Made by a program: the position numbers and the translations under genes
Shown here: positions 1 to 9,769 of the stretch, in pieces
Layout of the letters: every line of letters starts with the position of its first letter
Position numbering within the stretch: the stretch's first letter is position 1
Virus record (IMG/VR): IMGVR_UViG_3300029928_000005
Span: 1-64,000 of that record
Reading direction: 5' to 3' (one strand)
From: a virus
Lineage: Duplodnaviria; Caudoviricetes
DNA length: 64,000 nt
The notes under the pieces: model-generated
What the model saw: only the letters and a program-made list of their open reading frames with translations
Databases searched by the model: none
What the model was told of the DNA's origin: nothing

Positions 1-25
1 ATATAATATATAATATATATAAATA

Positions 26-57
26 CTTGCATATATAATATATAATATGTATAATTG
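26..57 (+). promoter_or_regulatory. Candidate Bacteroidota sigma70-type promoter
   Basis: CTTG (26-29), 20-nt spacer, TATAATTG (50-57). One mismatch in each box to the Bacteroidota TTTG-N19/21-TANNTTTG consensus, upstream of the first + strand gene. Confidence 0.5.
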
Positions 58-80
58 TACTCATATTAATGCTGATTATA

Positions 81-227
81 ATGAGAAAACAATTAGAGGA
101 TATATTAGCTAATAGCAATAAAAGACGTGCTGATAGAGAAGCTACATATATTGCTAATCATAAAGCTAATAAACGTACTAAAAGTAAGATGAAACTTGGT
201 ACTCTTGGAAAAGATAACATTGTATAA
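81..227 (+). CDS. Small basic hypothetical protein (48 aa, not in ORF track)
   Basis: ATG81..TAA227 reads MRKQLEDILANSNKRRADREATYIANHK..., with normal codon usage, between the promoter and the next gene. Confidence 0.55.
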   Translation: MRKQLEDILANSNKRRADREATYIANHKANKRTKSKMKLGTLGKDNIV

Positions 228-245
228 CTTATAAATATTATAATT

Positions 246-794
246 ATGTTTATTATTAAAAATCCAGAAAAGAGTTTTAATGTAGGTTATCCTACTAACC
301 TTGATGAAATTAAAGATGAATATTTTAATAAGATTCTTAGTAATGTTCATCTTCAAGAACACTATTGTGTTATAGCATTATGTTTTAAAGAGAAAATTTC
401 TAGTATTGCTATGAGTATTAAAGAAAATCGTAACACTACTAGTAACGTAACTCCTATAATTGCTAAAATAGCTGAAAACAATGAATGTGGTTTTAGTCAA
501 GGTGATAGAGCTGTTATAGACAGAACTAATCTTGAACGTGGTATTCATTTACATATTTCTAATAATTGGATTAGTGTAGCAGGTTTTGAGAATTATGTCA
601 AAACTAATCCTAAACTTCTTAACAGTCTTATTAAAGGAGATTATTGGAAGAATGATTTTAATAATATTACTCCTGAAATATATTTAGTAGAGTTTAAAAT
701 TGTTCCTATTCGTGATATTGTTGCGACTAGAGATAGTGAATATACTAAATGTATTTATACTTTTAGAAATATTAATGAGAAAGACCCCAATTGA
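246..794 (+). CDS. Hypothetical protein
   Basis: 182-aa ORF with genome-typical codon usage in the operon. Confidence 0.75.
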   Translation: MFIIKNPEKSFNVGYPTNLDEIKDEYFNKILSNVHLQEHYCVIALCFKEKISSIAMSIKENRNTTSNVTPIIAKIAENNECGFSQGDRAVIDRTNLERGIHLHISNNWISVAGFENYVKTNPKLLNSLIKGDYWKNDFNNITPEIYLVEFKIVPIRDIVATRDSEYTKCIYTFRNINEKDPN

Positions 795-1365
795 TGCTAC
801 TTCTACGGGGGGTCTTCCTGAACTCCCTTTAGAAGATTATGGTGCATTAGATGATTCCGGAGCTATAGTATATAAATCTATGAATAATATTCTTGATGAT
901 ATAAATGTTGAATCTAAAAAACGTCTTATTATTAAGAATATTGTTCTAGATTTAGAATCTCAAATCGGTGATATTGTTTTTAATGATGGTAAAGCTCTTA
1001 TTCCTTTTATAGGAACTATAAATAAGCCATATAAAGCTATAGTTGCTCGTAAATATGCTAAAGAGTTTTCTGAAGCTAGAAAACGAATGACTAAAGAAGA
1101 ATATGCTAATTATGTTCGCGATATAATGAAGAAAGAGAAAAAAGCTATAGATGAACAAAATGCTAGAGCTGCTAGATTTGCTGAATTTAGAAGTAAACGA
1201 TTTAGAGTATATACTAAACTATTTGATAGACATGGTGAAGAATATGCTAATTTATGGCTTTTCTTTAAGGGTTATGGTGATATAGTACACTTTGACCTGG
1301 ATAGAGAAGCCGAATATCAACAATTATATGCAGAAATTACAGATAGAGAAACTGATAACAGTTGA
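775..1365 (+). CDS. Hypothetical protein, possibly HU/IHF-like DNA-binding
   Basis: Likely start ATG775 (MRKTPIDATSTGG). Segment DGKALIPFIGTI weakly recalls the HU/IHF beta-arm, and the C-terminus is basic and helical. Confidence 0.6.
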   Translation: MRKTPIDATSTGGLPELPLEDYGALDDSGAIVYKSMNNILDDINVESKKRLIIKNIVLDLESQIGDIVFNDGKALIPFIGTINKPYKAIVARKYAKEFSEARKRMTKEEYANYVRDIMKKEKKAIDEQNARAARFAEFRSKRFRVYTKLFDRHGEEYANLWLFFKGYGDIVHFDLDREAEYQQLYAEITDRETDNS

Positions 1366-1936
1366 TGATACAGGACTTCCTAAAGCTCCAAGTCTAACAC
1401 AACTTCTTGATAAAGATGTTAAGATGCTTTATGTTAGAGATAACACTAAAGATAAAATTAATTATCTTAAAGAAGTCGGTGTTATTTATTATCTAGCTGA
1501 CCCTAATAGTCCTCCTAAACAACAAGGACTTAGCGATAAAGAATGTATTAAACAAGCTATTGAAAACTTTGATTTACCAAAGAATTATGAACCTGATGTG
1601 CTTGTTTATAGAATTGCTAAAAGATACCACGACCAATGTATTACTGAGGCTGGTATTATTTTAGAAAACATTCTTAAAGCTATTCATAATGCTAACTTAG
1701 CTGTCAATCTTTTAAATGAAGCTCTTAATGAAAAATTAACTGCTGGAATTAGTAAAGAAGATGCTATGGAAATTATGGATATTATGGATAGACTTGCTAA
1801 GAAATCTGTTGAGATTCCTAATTTAGTTAAAGGACTTAATGAAGCTAGAGAAAATCTAATTTATGAACGTGAACAAACTACAGCTCGTGGAGGTGTAGAA
1901 ATTACTAGTTCTATGAATGCAGATGAAGATGAATGA
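1328..1936 (+). CDS. Conserved crAss-like protein upstream of the nuclease/terminase (possible terminase small subunit)
   Basis: Likely start ATG1328. Helical protein ending ...ARGG... in the usual Crassvirales position. Function inferred from synteny only. Confidence 0.55.
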   Translation: MQKLQIEKLITVDDTGLPKAPSLTQLLDKDVKMLYVRDNTKDKINYLKEVGVIYYLADPNSPPKQQGLSDKECIKQAIENFDLPKNYEPDVLVYRIAKRYHDQCITEAGIILENILKAIHNANLAVNLLNEALNEKLTAGISKEDAMEIMDIMDRLAKKSVEIPNLVKGLNEARENLIYEREQTTARGGVEITSSMNADEDE

Positions 1937-2118
1937 AAATGTTTAAAATAATATTTGAAAATAAAGATGTACGTATGATGGAAGAAACAGATTATCTTGA
2001 TAAGAAAACATATTATGTTGATATGTATTTTCAAGATGATGATGTTTGGCGTACAATTAAAAGTGGTAGTTTTTATTATTGTTATGATTTGTATAAACTT
2101 TTAATAACTAGTTGGTAA
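1933..2118 (+). CDS. Small hypothetical protein
   Basis: ATGA overlap with the upstream stop; ends 1 nt before the next ATG. Confidence 0.55.
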   Translation: MKMFKIIFENKDVRMMEETDYLDKKTYYVDMYFQDDDVWRTIKSGSFYYCYDLYKLLITSW

Positions 2119-2119
2119 T

Positions 2120-3124
2120 ATGCTTAAACTTGCAGATAAAAGATATGATAAAGTAAAACTTATTTTCCATAATGATGGACATCGTTATATCGATAATCTA
2201 GGAAATGATTATATTAGTACTACTACAATTCTTCATAGATATAAGATTCCTTTCGATAAAGCTAAATGGCTTCGTATTAAATCTAGAGAACTTGGTATTA
2301 GTGAAACTGAATTAGCTAAACAATGGTCTACTATTACAAAAGAAGCCTGTGAACGTGGTAGTAATACACATGATGGTTTAGAACAAGGTATAAAAGGTGC
2401 TAGTAAATTTGCTAATGCTATTCAATATCTTGATGCTAAACCCGATGGTGAAATGTTTACTATTGCTGATTTAGTTAGTATTGACCTTAATGCAAAAGAA
2501 CTTTCAGTTAAAGATTTTATTGAACTTACAGAAAATCGTTATCCTGAAATATATAATGTATTAGGTTGGTATACTGCTAGAGGTTATCATATTTATGCTG
2601 AGATTGGTGCTTTTCTTATCGATTATCTTGTAAGTGGTACTATTGATGTTCTTCTATTACGTGATGATTGTCATGTCATAGGAGATTGGAAAACTAATAG
2701 AGGCGGTCTTCAATTTGAAGCTGGTTATTATAAAAAAGATAAATCAGTTAAACCCACTCAACTTACTGCTGAATGGGTTCGTAAAGATGAAAGACTTCTT
2801 CCTCCTGTTAGTCATTTACCTGCTTGTAATGGTAGTTTGTATAATCTTCAAATTAGTATGTATGCTTATATGGTAGAAACTATTCTTGGATTACCTAATA
2901 GAGGTTGTTGGTTATGTCATATTGATTCTGATTTTGAACTTAATCAATATGGACAACCTAGACGTTTTCCTGATGGTTTATATCATATTAAAGAAAATCC
3001 TAAAGAACGTACTACTTTTCATAAGATGAAATATCTTAAAAAAGAAATTGAAGCTATACTTGCCAATCGTGCTATTGAGATTAAGAATATTGGTTTTAAA
3101 CAACAATATGGATTAGATTTATGA
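2120..3124 (+). CDS. PD-(D/E)XK superfamily nuclease
   Basis: Motifs H-x-Y, RGSNTH, E...SGTIDVLL...IGDWKT and YNLQISMY. Conserved Crassvirales position upstream of the terminase. Confidence 0.85.
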   Translation: MLKLADKRYDKVKLIFHNDGHRYIDNLGNDYISTTTILHRYKIPFDKAKWLRIKSRELGISETELAKQWSTITKEACERGSNTHDGLEQGIKGASKFANAIQYLDAKPDGEMFTIADLVSIDLNAKELSVKDFIELTENRYPEIYNVLGWYTARGYHIYAEIGAFLIDYLVSGTIDVLLLRDDCHVIGDWKTNRGGLQFEAGYYKKDKSVKPTQLTAEWVRKDERLLPPVSHLPACNGSLYNLQISMYAYMVETILGLPNRGCWLCHIDSDFELNQYGQPRRFPDGLYHIKENPKERTTFHKMKYLKKEIEAILANRAIEIKNIGFKQQYGLDL

Positions 3125-3444
3125 AAGAAACTGTTATTCCATTTATAATTGGAACTATTCTTGGTATTTGTATTTCAGCTTGGGTCAGTTCCCCCGTAGA
3201 AGGAGAGACTAAGCCAATAGTCATTGAAAGATATGTTCCTATTGAAGGTAATGATATTGTTTATCAAGTGAATAATACTAAACATGTTATTGATAGTCTG
3301 ACGGCTCGATGTGATTCTCTTACGGGGGAACTTCAAGTTGCTACATATAAACTTGAAAGAATTAGATATTATAATGATGTTGCTAAGAAAGGTAATAATC
3401 TAAAATTTTTACGTTCATGGATTAATCGTGTTTTAAATGAATGA
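3121..3444 (+). CDS. Membrane-anchored hypothetical protein
   Basis: N-terminal hydrophobic helix, short coiled coil, ATGA overlap with the upstream gene. Confidence 0.65.
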   Translation: MKETVIPFIIGTILGICISAWVSSPVEGETKPIVIERYVPIEGNDIVYQVNNTKHVIDSLTARCDSLTGELQVATYKLERIRYYNDVAKKGNNLKFLRSWINRVLNE

Positions 3445-3712
3445 TATAAGATGTAAACAAGTAATAGATAACTTTAAAGATGATATTCAAATTGAATATG
3501 AAGTTAATAAAATTAATAATACAAAAACTTTCAGAGTAAGTAGTTTAAATGCTATTGGTCAAAGAGTAGTGTATGAAGAATTTACATCTGATATTGGTAA
3601 TCATAGAAATATCAATAATAATTATATTAAAGCTCTAAAATTATATAATAAATTAATTAGTCAATATTATGGCAAACTTTATAATAGCTCTCAGAAAAGT
3701 TCTAAAAAATGA
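3437..3712 (+). CDS. Hypothetical protein
   Basis: 91-aa ORF tightly packed between neighbours. Confidence 0.55.
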   Translation: MNDIRCKQVIDNFKDDIQIEYEVNKINNTKTFRVSSLNAIGQRVVYEEFTSDIGNHRNINNNYIKALKLYNKLISQYYGKLYNSSQKSSKK

Positions 3713-4094
3713 AGGAGGTTATGCTAACGACCCTGATGATGCGGGTGGTGAAACTTATAAAGGTATAAGTCGTAAGAATTATCCTACATGGTCTGGTTGG
3801 ACTAGTATAGACCAAATTAAGAAATATCATCCTAGAGGTTTTAAAACTATTCTAGAAGGAACTAAAGAACTTCAAGATAAAGTTAAAGAGTTTTATAAAA
3901 GAAACTTTTGGGATAAACTTTATCTTGATGATTGTGCTAATCAAGAATTAGCTAATCAATGTTTTGATATGGCTATCAATGCTGGTGTTAAAGCTGGAGT
4001 TAAAATACTTCAGAAAACTCTTGGAATACCTGCTGATGGTAAACTTGGTTCAGTTACTATTGCTGCAATTAAAAAGATTAAAAAAAATAGATAG
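3669..4094 (+). CDS. Endolysin, glycoside hydrolase family 108 with C-terminal peptidoglycan-binding segment
   Basis: Signature EGGYANDPDDAGGETYKGI, FDMAINAG, and LQKTLG..ADGKLGSVT. Confidence 0.9.
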   Translation: MANFIIALRKVLKNEGGYANDPDDAGGETYKGISRKNYPTWSGWTSIDQIKKYHPRGFKTILEGTKELQDKVKEFYKRNFWDKLYLDDCANQELANQCFDMAINAGVKAGVKILQKTLGIPADGKLGSVTIAAIKKIKKNR

Positions 4095-4098
4095 AATC

Positions 4099-4407
4099 AT
4101 GAAGAAGATATTAATAGTAGTTCTGTGTATATTTATCATAGGTGTAACTATTTATAATTGTGTATGTGTTTTTAGATTAAGTCAGAGTAGTTTGGGTTTT
4201 GAATTGGTTGATACTACTATTAATACTCTTCGGATTGATTCCATTGAAATTGTAATCAGTCAAAGAGATAGTATTATTTATAATATTAAATATGCTGCAA
4301 ATGAAGAAAGTAAACAAGCTGCTCTTGATAGTGTCGATGATGCTGTTAGGAGGTTCATTGAGTTGGTCTCGGATACATCCTCCTACGGGGGGTCTAGCAC
4401 AAGATAG
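4099..4407 (+). CDS. Putative inner-membrane spanin-like lysis protein
   Basis: Likely start ATG4099 (MKKILIVVLCIFIIG). N-terminal TM then a helical region; follows the endolysin and overlaps the next gene. Confidence 0.5.
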   Translation: MKKILIVVLCIFIIGVTIYNCVCVFRLSQSSLGFELVDTTINTLRIDSIEIVISQRDSIIYNIKYAANEESKQAALDSVDDAVRRFIELVSDTSSYGGSSTR

Positions 4408-4699
4408 TGTTTATATTTCTATTGATTTGATTAAGGCTGCTAATATAAAACTTATTGAAGCTAAAGCTAATAAACAAATAGTACTTCTTCAAGATAGTAT
4501 TATAAACAATCAAAGAAATATAATTAATGAACTTCATTCTATTAATGATGAACTTCAAAATAGAATTGTTGTAGCAAATCAAAACACAGAACGTCTTATT
4601 GAAGATAGAGATAAATATCAAAGACGTGCTAAACGTGCAAGCTGGGCTGCTGTTGGAAGTGGTTCAGCTTTTTTAGTATTGTTAATTTTGTTGTTGTAA
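4292..4699 (+). CDS. Putative spanin-like protein (signal peptide, coiled coil, C-terminal TM)
   Basis: Overlaps the previous ORF by over 100 nt in another frame, as Rz/Rz1 pairs do. Both termini are hydrophobic. Confidence 0.45.
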   Translation: MLQMKKVNKLLLIVSMMLLGGSLSWSRIHPPTGGLAQDSVYISIDLIKAANIKLIEAKANKQIVLLQDSIINNQRNIINELHSINDELQNRIVVANQNTERLIEDRDKYQRRAKRASWAAVGSGSAFLVLLILLL

Positions 4700-4702
4700 A
4701 GT

Positions 4703-6946
4703 ATGGATAAAGAATATCCTTTTCTTACTTTTTTAAAAGAAGATAAATCTAGATATAAAACAGCAAGTGAAGCTGGATATATAGATAAAGACAATATGTT
4801 TCTTATAGGAGATTCTGGAGGTTTTCTTATGAATATTCGTCCAGGATGGAAATTTGTTAATACTCATTTACTTACTGAAATTGCTGATTATTATAGAAAA
4901 CATAAAGAATATTGTCCTTTTAAAATAGATAGTCTTCCACATAGACAATTTAGAAAGAAAGAACAATATAGACGTAAACATGGTTTTGAAGCTCCGTGTT
5001 TAATGGATGACAAAGGAACTATTCATAATGTACGAATAACCGGTAATCATTATAATTTTCTTAATTATACTCGTATTGAACAGCTCGATGAATCAAGTAT
5101 TCAACGAGGCAAAGTTAATACAGGTAAAAAACATTATGATTTTCCTAAGTTCCTTGATGCTCAGTTTTGGTTTTTTCATGTACTTGAATTTGCAGAGAAT
5201 AATGGTTTTCATGTAATTATTGACAAGACTCGTCGTGGTGGTTTTTCATATATTAATGCAAGTACTGCTGCTAATAGAGTTAATTTATATCCAAGAAAAG
5301 TTGTTATCAATGTTGCTATTGATAAAAAATATCTTATTCAACGTGGTGGTTTAACTAACTTTGCTATTAATGATTTAAAATTTTATGAAGAAAAAACTCC
5401 TTTTAAACGTGGAATTTATAGTACAGTTAATACAGACTTTCGTCTTGGTTATAAGTTACCAAACGGGATTGAAGCCGATAATAGTTGGTCTAGTGCTCTT
5501 CTTAGTGTATCTGCTTTCAATGACCCCGATTGTGCTATTGGTAAAGATGCTGTTGAAGTTAATGTAGAAGAGTTATCTACTATGAATAACTTCGACCCAT
5601 TTATGGAAGTAACAGAACCTGCAATGAGAACTGGTGCTTACACAACAGGTATTCTTAAATGTTGGGGTACTGCTACTTCTGGTGATATGTCTACATTTGA
5701 AAATAACTTTTATAATCCTAAAGCATATCATTTTATGCCTTTTGAAAATGTTTGGGATACTGATATGCGTAATGAAATATGTGGTTATTTTAAACCATAT
5801 TGTTGGGGACTTCAAGGTGAGATTGATGGTCAGTATGGGGTAGACAAAGATGGTAATTCTAATATAGAAATTAGTCTTAAGATTGCAGCTAAAGAACGTA
5901 TTCATAAGAAAGAAACTTCTAAGACTTATGCTGAATATATAAATTTTCTTGGTCAATACGCTTTATTTCCTGCTGAATCATTTAGTAGTGCTACTGAAAA
6001 TATTTTTAGTAGTGAAGAATTAACTGCTTGGGAAACTAGACTTAGACTTGAACCTGACTTTAGATTTTATATTGATGGACAATTAGAAAGAATTAATGAT
6101 ATTGTTAGTTTTAAATCTAATGTTCGTCTAGCTAAAGAAGGCAAAAAAGTTTATGATTATATACAAGGAGTTCCCCGTAGAGGAAATGAAGACCCACATG
6201 GTTGTGTTCGTATTTGGTTTATGCCAGAATATGAAGAGTATTTTGATAATGAAACAAATCGAATGACTAAAGGAATACCTAAAGGTAAATATAGTTTAAG
6301 CTATGACCCTGTAGGTGTTGATAAAGAAAAGAAAGAAATTACTGATAGACATTCTCATAATAGTATTGCTGTATGGGAAAATTCTTCTGAACGTAATGGT
6401 TTTAAACAAAAGTTAGTTGCTTGTTATTATGGTCGTCCAGATAAACTTGAAGAAGCTGATGAAATATTTCTTAATTTAGCTATCTTCTATGGGGCAGTTG
6501 GCACAGCTGGAGTTGAAACTAATAGAGGTGAAACTGTTAGTAATTTTCGTAAATGGGGATATATTAAATATCTTGAACATGAACCTCTATTTGTTTGGGA
6601 CCCTACAATTAAAGGTAAAGTTAGTACTACTTATGGTTATAATGTTGGAGGTGCTGACAAAAAGTTAAATGCTCTACGATTAGTTAAAGAGATGCTTTAT
6701 GAAGAAGTTGGTAAAAAAGAAGATGGAAGTCCTAAATATGCTTTTGAGTTTATTCTTGATTATCAAACTATTCTTGAACTTAAAAAGTGGAATGCTGAAG
6801 GTAACTTCGATAGAGTTTCTCAACTTATTATTAGAGCTATTCAATGGAAAGCTATGCAAATTAAAGCTAGTTATGAATTAAGAAATAGAGTTAAAGTTAC
6901 AGAAGAAAATGACCAAAGTTCATTTTGGAATCGCGAATGGTTTTAA
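4703..6946 (+). CDS. terL: Terminase large subunit
   Basis: Walker A-type IDKTRRGGFSY, Walker B-like VNVEE, WGTA coupling motif, RNase H-like SYDPVG and NFDRV. Directly before the portal. No intron or intein evident. Confidence 0.93.
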   Translation: MDKEYPFLTFLKEDKSRYKTASEAGYIDKDNMFLIGDSGGFLMNIRPGWKFVNTHLLTEIADYYRKHKEYCPFKIDSLPHRQFRKKEQYRRKHGFEAPCLMDDKGTIHNVRITGNHYNFLNYTRIEQLDESSIQRGKVNTGKKHYDFPKFLDAQFWFFHVLEFAENNGFHVIIDKTRRGGFSYINASTAANRVNLYPRKVVINVAIDKKYLIQRGGLTNFAINDLKFYEEKTPFKRGIYSTVNTDFRLGYKLPNGIEADNSWSSALLSVSAFNDPDCAIGKDAVEVNVEELSTMNNFDPFMEVTEPAMRTGAYTTGILKCWGTATSGDMSTFENNFYNPKAYHFMPFENVWDTDMRNEICGYFKPYCWGLQGEIDGQYGVDKDGNSNIEISLKIAAKERIHKKETSKTYAEYINFLGQYALFPAESFSSATENIFSSEELTAWETRLRLEPDFRFYIDGQLERINDIVSFKSNVRLAKEGKKVYDYIQGVPRRGNEDPHGCVRIWFMPEYEEYFDNETNRMTKGIPKGKYSLSYDPVGVDKEKKEITDRHSHNSIAVWENSSERNGFKQKLVACYYGRPDKLEEADEIFLNLAIFYGAVGTAGVETNRGETVSNFRKWGYIKYLEHEPLFVWDPTIKGKVSTTYGYNVGGADKKLNALRLVKEMLYEEVGKKEDGSPKYAFEFILDYQTILELKKWNAEGNFDRVSQLIIRAIQWKAMQIKASYELRNRVKVTEENDQSSFWNREWF

Positions 6947-6962
6947 TTAAACAAATATAGTT

Positions 6963-9422
6963 ATGGCAGATAATACATTTTATAGTGCTTTTACTCAGGC
7001 TGAATTTCCTGAACAAAAAGTTAGTAGTGCTCAAAAGAGAAAACCTGAATGGTATGCTAATTGTATTGATTATGTTATCGCAGCAGGTTATGCAGCACGT
7101 GGAAATCGTGATATAGATTTAAAACTTCGTATTCTTCATGGTGAGATGCCAGATGAATTTTATAAGAAAGTTCTTAATCCATATAATGCTACTAAAGAAA
7201 AATGGACTAAGTTCCCAGCTACTATGCGCAATTATGATATTATGAATGGTGTGATTCGTAGATATGTCGGTGAATATATTAAGAACCCACATGATTTTAT
7301 TGTTAGTGCTGGAGATGCTACAACAGTTATGCGTAAAAATCAAAAACTTATGCAAGAACTTCGTCCTATTATTGAAGCTAAAATTGCTGAGAAGATTCAA
7401 CAAGCTGCTCAACAAGCTGTTGAACAAGGTCAAGATTTAAGTAATACTAATCCACAAGACCTTGTAGATATTGAAACATTTATTAAAGAATTTAATGAAA
7501 ATTATATTGATGAAGAAAGTGTTCAAGGTCAGAATCTTCTTAATATAGTTCGTGATACAACTAAAGATGTTTTGTTTTATAGTCAAGCATATTTTGATTT
7601 TGTTGCTTTAGGTGAATGTTATACTACAACTGAAATTCATGGTGATAAACTTGTTAAACGAGTTGTAGACCCCGGAGACGCTTATCCTGTTCCTAATGAT
7701 AATTTCTTTGTAGAAGATTATGATATGTTTGCTGAACGTAGACGTATGACTTATCAACAAATAATGGATATGTTTGATTCAGTACTAGATGAAAATGAGA
7801 AGAAGTTCTTAAAGACATATTACGCTAAATATAGTTATAGTGGTGATGATAGTGGACTTCTTACTTGGGATATTTATAAAAATTATTTTGTTGATGTTTG
7901 TGATAAATTTCCTAAAAAAGATAGAGAGTTTTTTAAGAATCATCCTATTAGAATGAGAGACCTTAATGGTAATCTTATTGATGTATGGTTTGTTACTTGG
8001 CGTGGTATGGTTAAGAAAGGCATTCTTACTCGTCAAGTTAATGGATTTATTACACAAGAAGTAGTTGATGATACTTATATTCTTACTCCTGAACTTGGAG
8101 ATATGGAACTTGAATGGATTTGGGAACCACAAATTTATGAAGGTGTAAGAATTGGAGGACGTTATAATGCAGTTTATCCTATTAAATGTCGTCCTGCTGT
8201 TTATAATAGAAATGGTAAGCTTCCTTATAATGGTCTTATGGAAATTCTTCCAAGATTTGGTAAGTTTAGTATTATCGATATTGTTAGTCCATATCAAGTA
8301 TTTAGAAATATTCTTTATTATCATCGTGAGATGGTAATTGCTACTAATAGACTTAATATATTACTTATTGCTAAATCACTTCTTGGTACAGTTCCTGATG
8401 AAACTATTTATAGAATGATTAGTAGTAATATATTAATGATTGATGATGAAGATGATACTAGTATGCTTCGTACTCAACAAATTCGTATGCTTAGCGCAAG
8501 TAATAATGATTATATTGTACAACTTACTCAATTAATTGAAGCTGTTGAACAAGAAGCTCTTAATCAAGTTGATATGACTGCTCAACGCTATGGAGAAATT
8601 AGCAATAGTGCTGGTAAAGGAGTTACTGATGAAGCTATTATGCGTGGCTCTATGGGTAGTGTTATTATTGAATATGTTTTTGATATGATGCGTGAGTGTG
8701 ATTATGCCCGTGATATGGACTTTAGTAAACTTGCTTGGATTGATGGTTTACAAACAACATACAAAGATGATGATAATAATATTCGTTATCTTAGTCTTGA
8801 TGTCAATGCTCATATCTATGCTGATTATGTAATTCGTGCTAAGATTAGTCCTAAAGAAAAAGAAAAACTTGACCAAATTAAACAATTTGCATTTAGTGCT
8901 GCTCAAAATGGTAATATGGATATGGCTATTGCTTCTATAGCTGGAGATAATGTTGCAGCTATTAAGAAACTTATTATACAATATCAAAATGTTGCTAGAG
9001 ACCATGAAACTCAAATGGAACAAATGAAGCAACAGACAGAACAAATGGTGCAACAATTTGAACTTCAAAAGATACAAGCCAAAGGTGAACAAGATAGACA
9101 AACTCTTGAACTTGAAAAATATCTTGATGGTCAAATTGAAATGCTTAAAGCTAATGCAAATATTATTAGTTATAATCAAGGTGAAATGTCTAATCTTGAT
9201 GAACAATATAAAGTTGCTGCTGAAGAAAGAATGAATCAAGCTGCTAATGCTCTTAAAGCTAGAGAGATTGATGTTAAAGCACAAGAAGTTGCAGCTAATA
9301 CAGCTCTTAAACAACAAGAGATTGCTGCTAAAGTTTATGATTCTAATATTAAACTTAAAGTTGCTAAAGAAAATAAAAATAAATATGATAGACCGAAGAG
9401 TAGTTCTTCGTCCAAGAAATAA
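6963..9422 (+). CDS. Portal protein
   Basis: 819 aa after terL. N-terminal FPEQKVS..K...W, KLPYNG, and a C-terminal Q/E coiled coil typical of crAss-like portals. Confidence 0.9.
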   Translation: MADNTFYSAFTQAEFPEQKVSSAQKRKPEWYANCIDYVIAAGYAARGNRDIDLKLRILHGEMPDEFYKKVLNPYNATKEKWTKFPATMRNYDIMNGVIRRYVGEYIKNPHDFIVSAGDATTVMRKNQKLMQELRPIIEAKIAEKIQQAAQQAVEQGQDLSNTNPQDLVDIETFIKEFNENYIDEESVQGQNLLNIVRDTTKDVLFYSQAYFDFVALGECYTTTEIHGDKLVKRVVDPGDAYPVPNDNFFVEDYDMFAERRRMTYQQIMDMFDSVLDENEKKFLKTYYAKYSYSGDDSGLLTWDIYKNYFVDVCDKFPKKDREFFKNHPIRMRDLNGNLIDVWFVTWRGMVKKGILTRQVNGFITQEVVDDTYILTPELGDMELEWIWEPQIYEGVRIGGRYNAVYPIKCRPAVYNRNGKLPYNGLMEILPRFGKFSIIDIVSPYQVFRNILYYHREMVIATNRLNILLIAKSLLGTVPDETIYRMISSNILMIDDEDDTSMLRTQQIRMLSASNNDYIVQLTQLIEAVEQEALNQVDMTAQRYGEISNSAGKGVTDEAIMRGSMGSVIIEYVFDMMRECDYARDMDFSKLAWIDGLQTTYKDDDNNIRYLSLDVNAHIYADYVIRAKISPKEKEKLDQIKQFAFSAAQNGNMDMAIASIAGDNVAAIKKLIIQYQNVARDHETQMEQMKQQTEQMVQQFELQKIQAKGEQDRQTLELEKYLDGQIEMLKANANIISYNQGEMSNLDEQYKVAAEERMNQAANALKAREIDVKAQEVAANTALKQQEIAAKVYDSNIKLKVAKENKNKYDRPKSSSSSKK

Positions 9423-9455
9423 TATACTTCTTTTAATCATTGACTTTATACTTTT

Positions 9456-9493
9456 AGCTCGTAGTCGTCGTGATGATGATTACGGGCTTTTTT
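9456..9493 (+). terminator. Intrinsic terminator after portal
   Basis: AGCTCGTAGTCGTC / GATGATTACGGGCT 14-bp stem (with G-U pairs) followed by a T-run. Confidence 0.8.
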
Positions 9494-9707
9494 ATTGCTC
9501 GTTCGATAAATCAATGACCTCGTATTTGCCACTTCTTTTGACTTTAGAGACACTTTTGCATTTAGTCGATAGATTGTATTACTACTACCAAGATAACTCC
9601 CCGTAGAGGAAAGAATGTGCCAAATATGACCTATTAATATTGCTGGAAGTACTTGGAATAAACGTAAAATCTTCTTAATGGTAAAGCTGATGCTGAAAAT
9701 TATACTA

Positions 9708-9738
9708 TTTGGTATATTCATACATTGTATTATATTTG
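9708..9738 (+). promoter_or_regulatory. Bacteroidota sigma70-type promoter for the capsid operon
   Basis: Perfect TTTG (9708-9711) - N19 - TATATTTG (9731-9738), about 30 nt before ATG9770. Confidence 0.8.
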
Positions 9739-9769
9739 TGTCAGTGATAAACGTAAACATATAAGAGTT

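Noticed and set aside
1-50. AT-only low-complexity tract at the window start as an origin or repeat
   Set aside because: It is truncated by the window edge and adequately explained as promoter-upstream AT-rich DNA.
4380-4395. Motif resembles 16S rRNA helix 14 / the 338F primer site (ACTCCTACGGGAGG)
   Set aside because: The similarity covers only about 10 nt with no flanking rRNA sequence. It is probably convergence on a UACG-loop hairpin, not an rRNA fragment.
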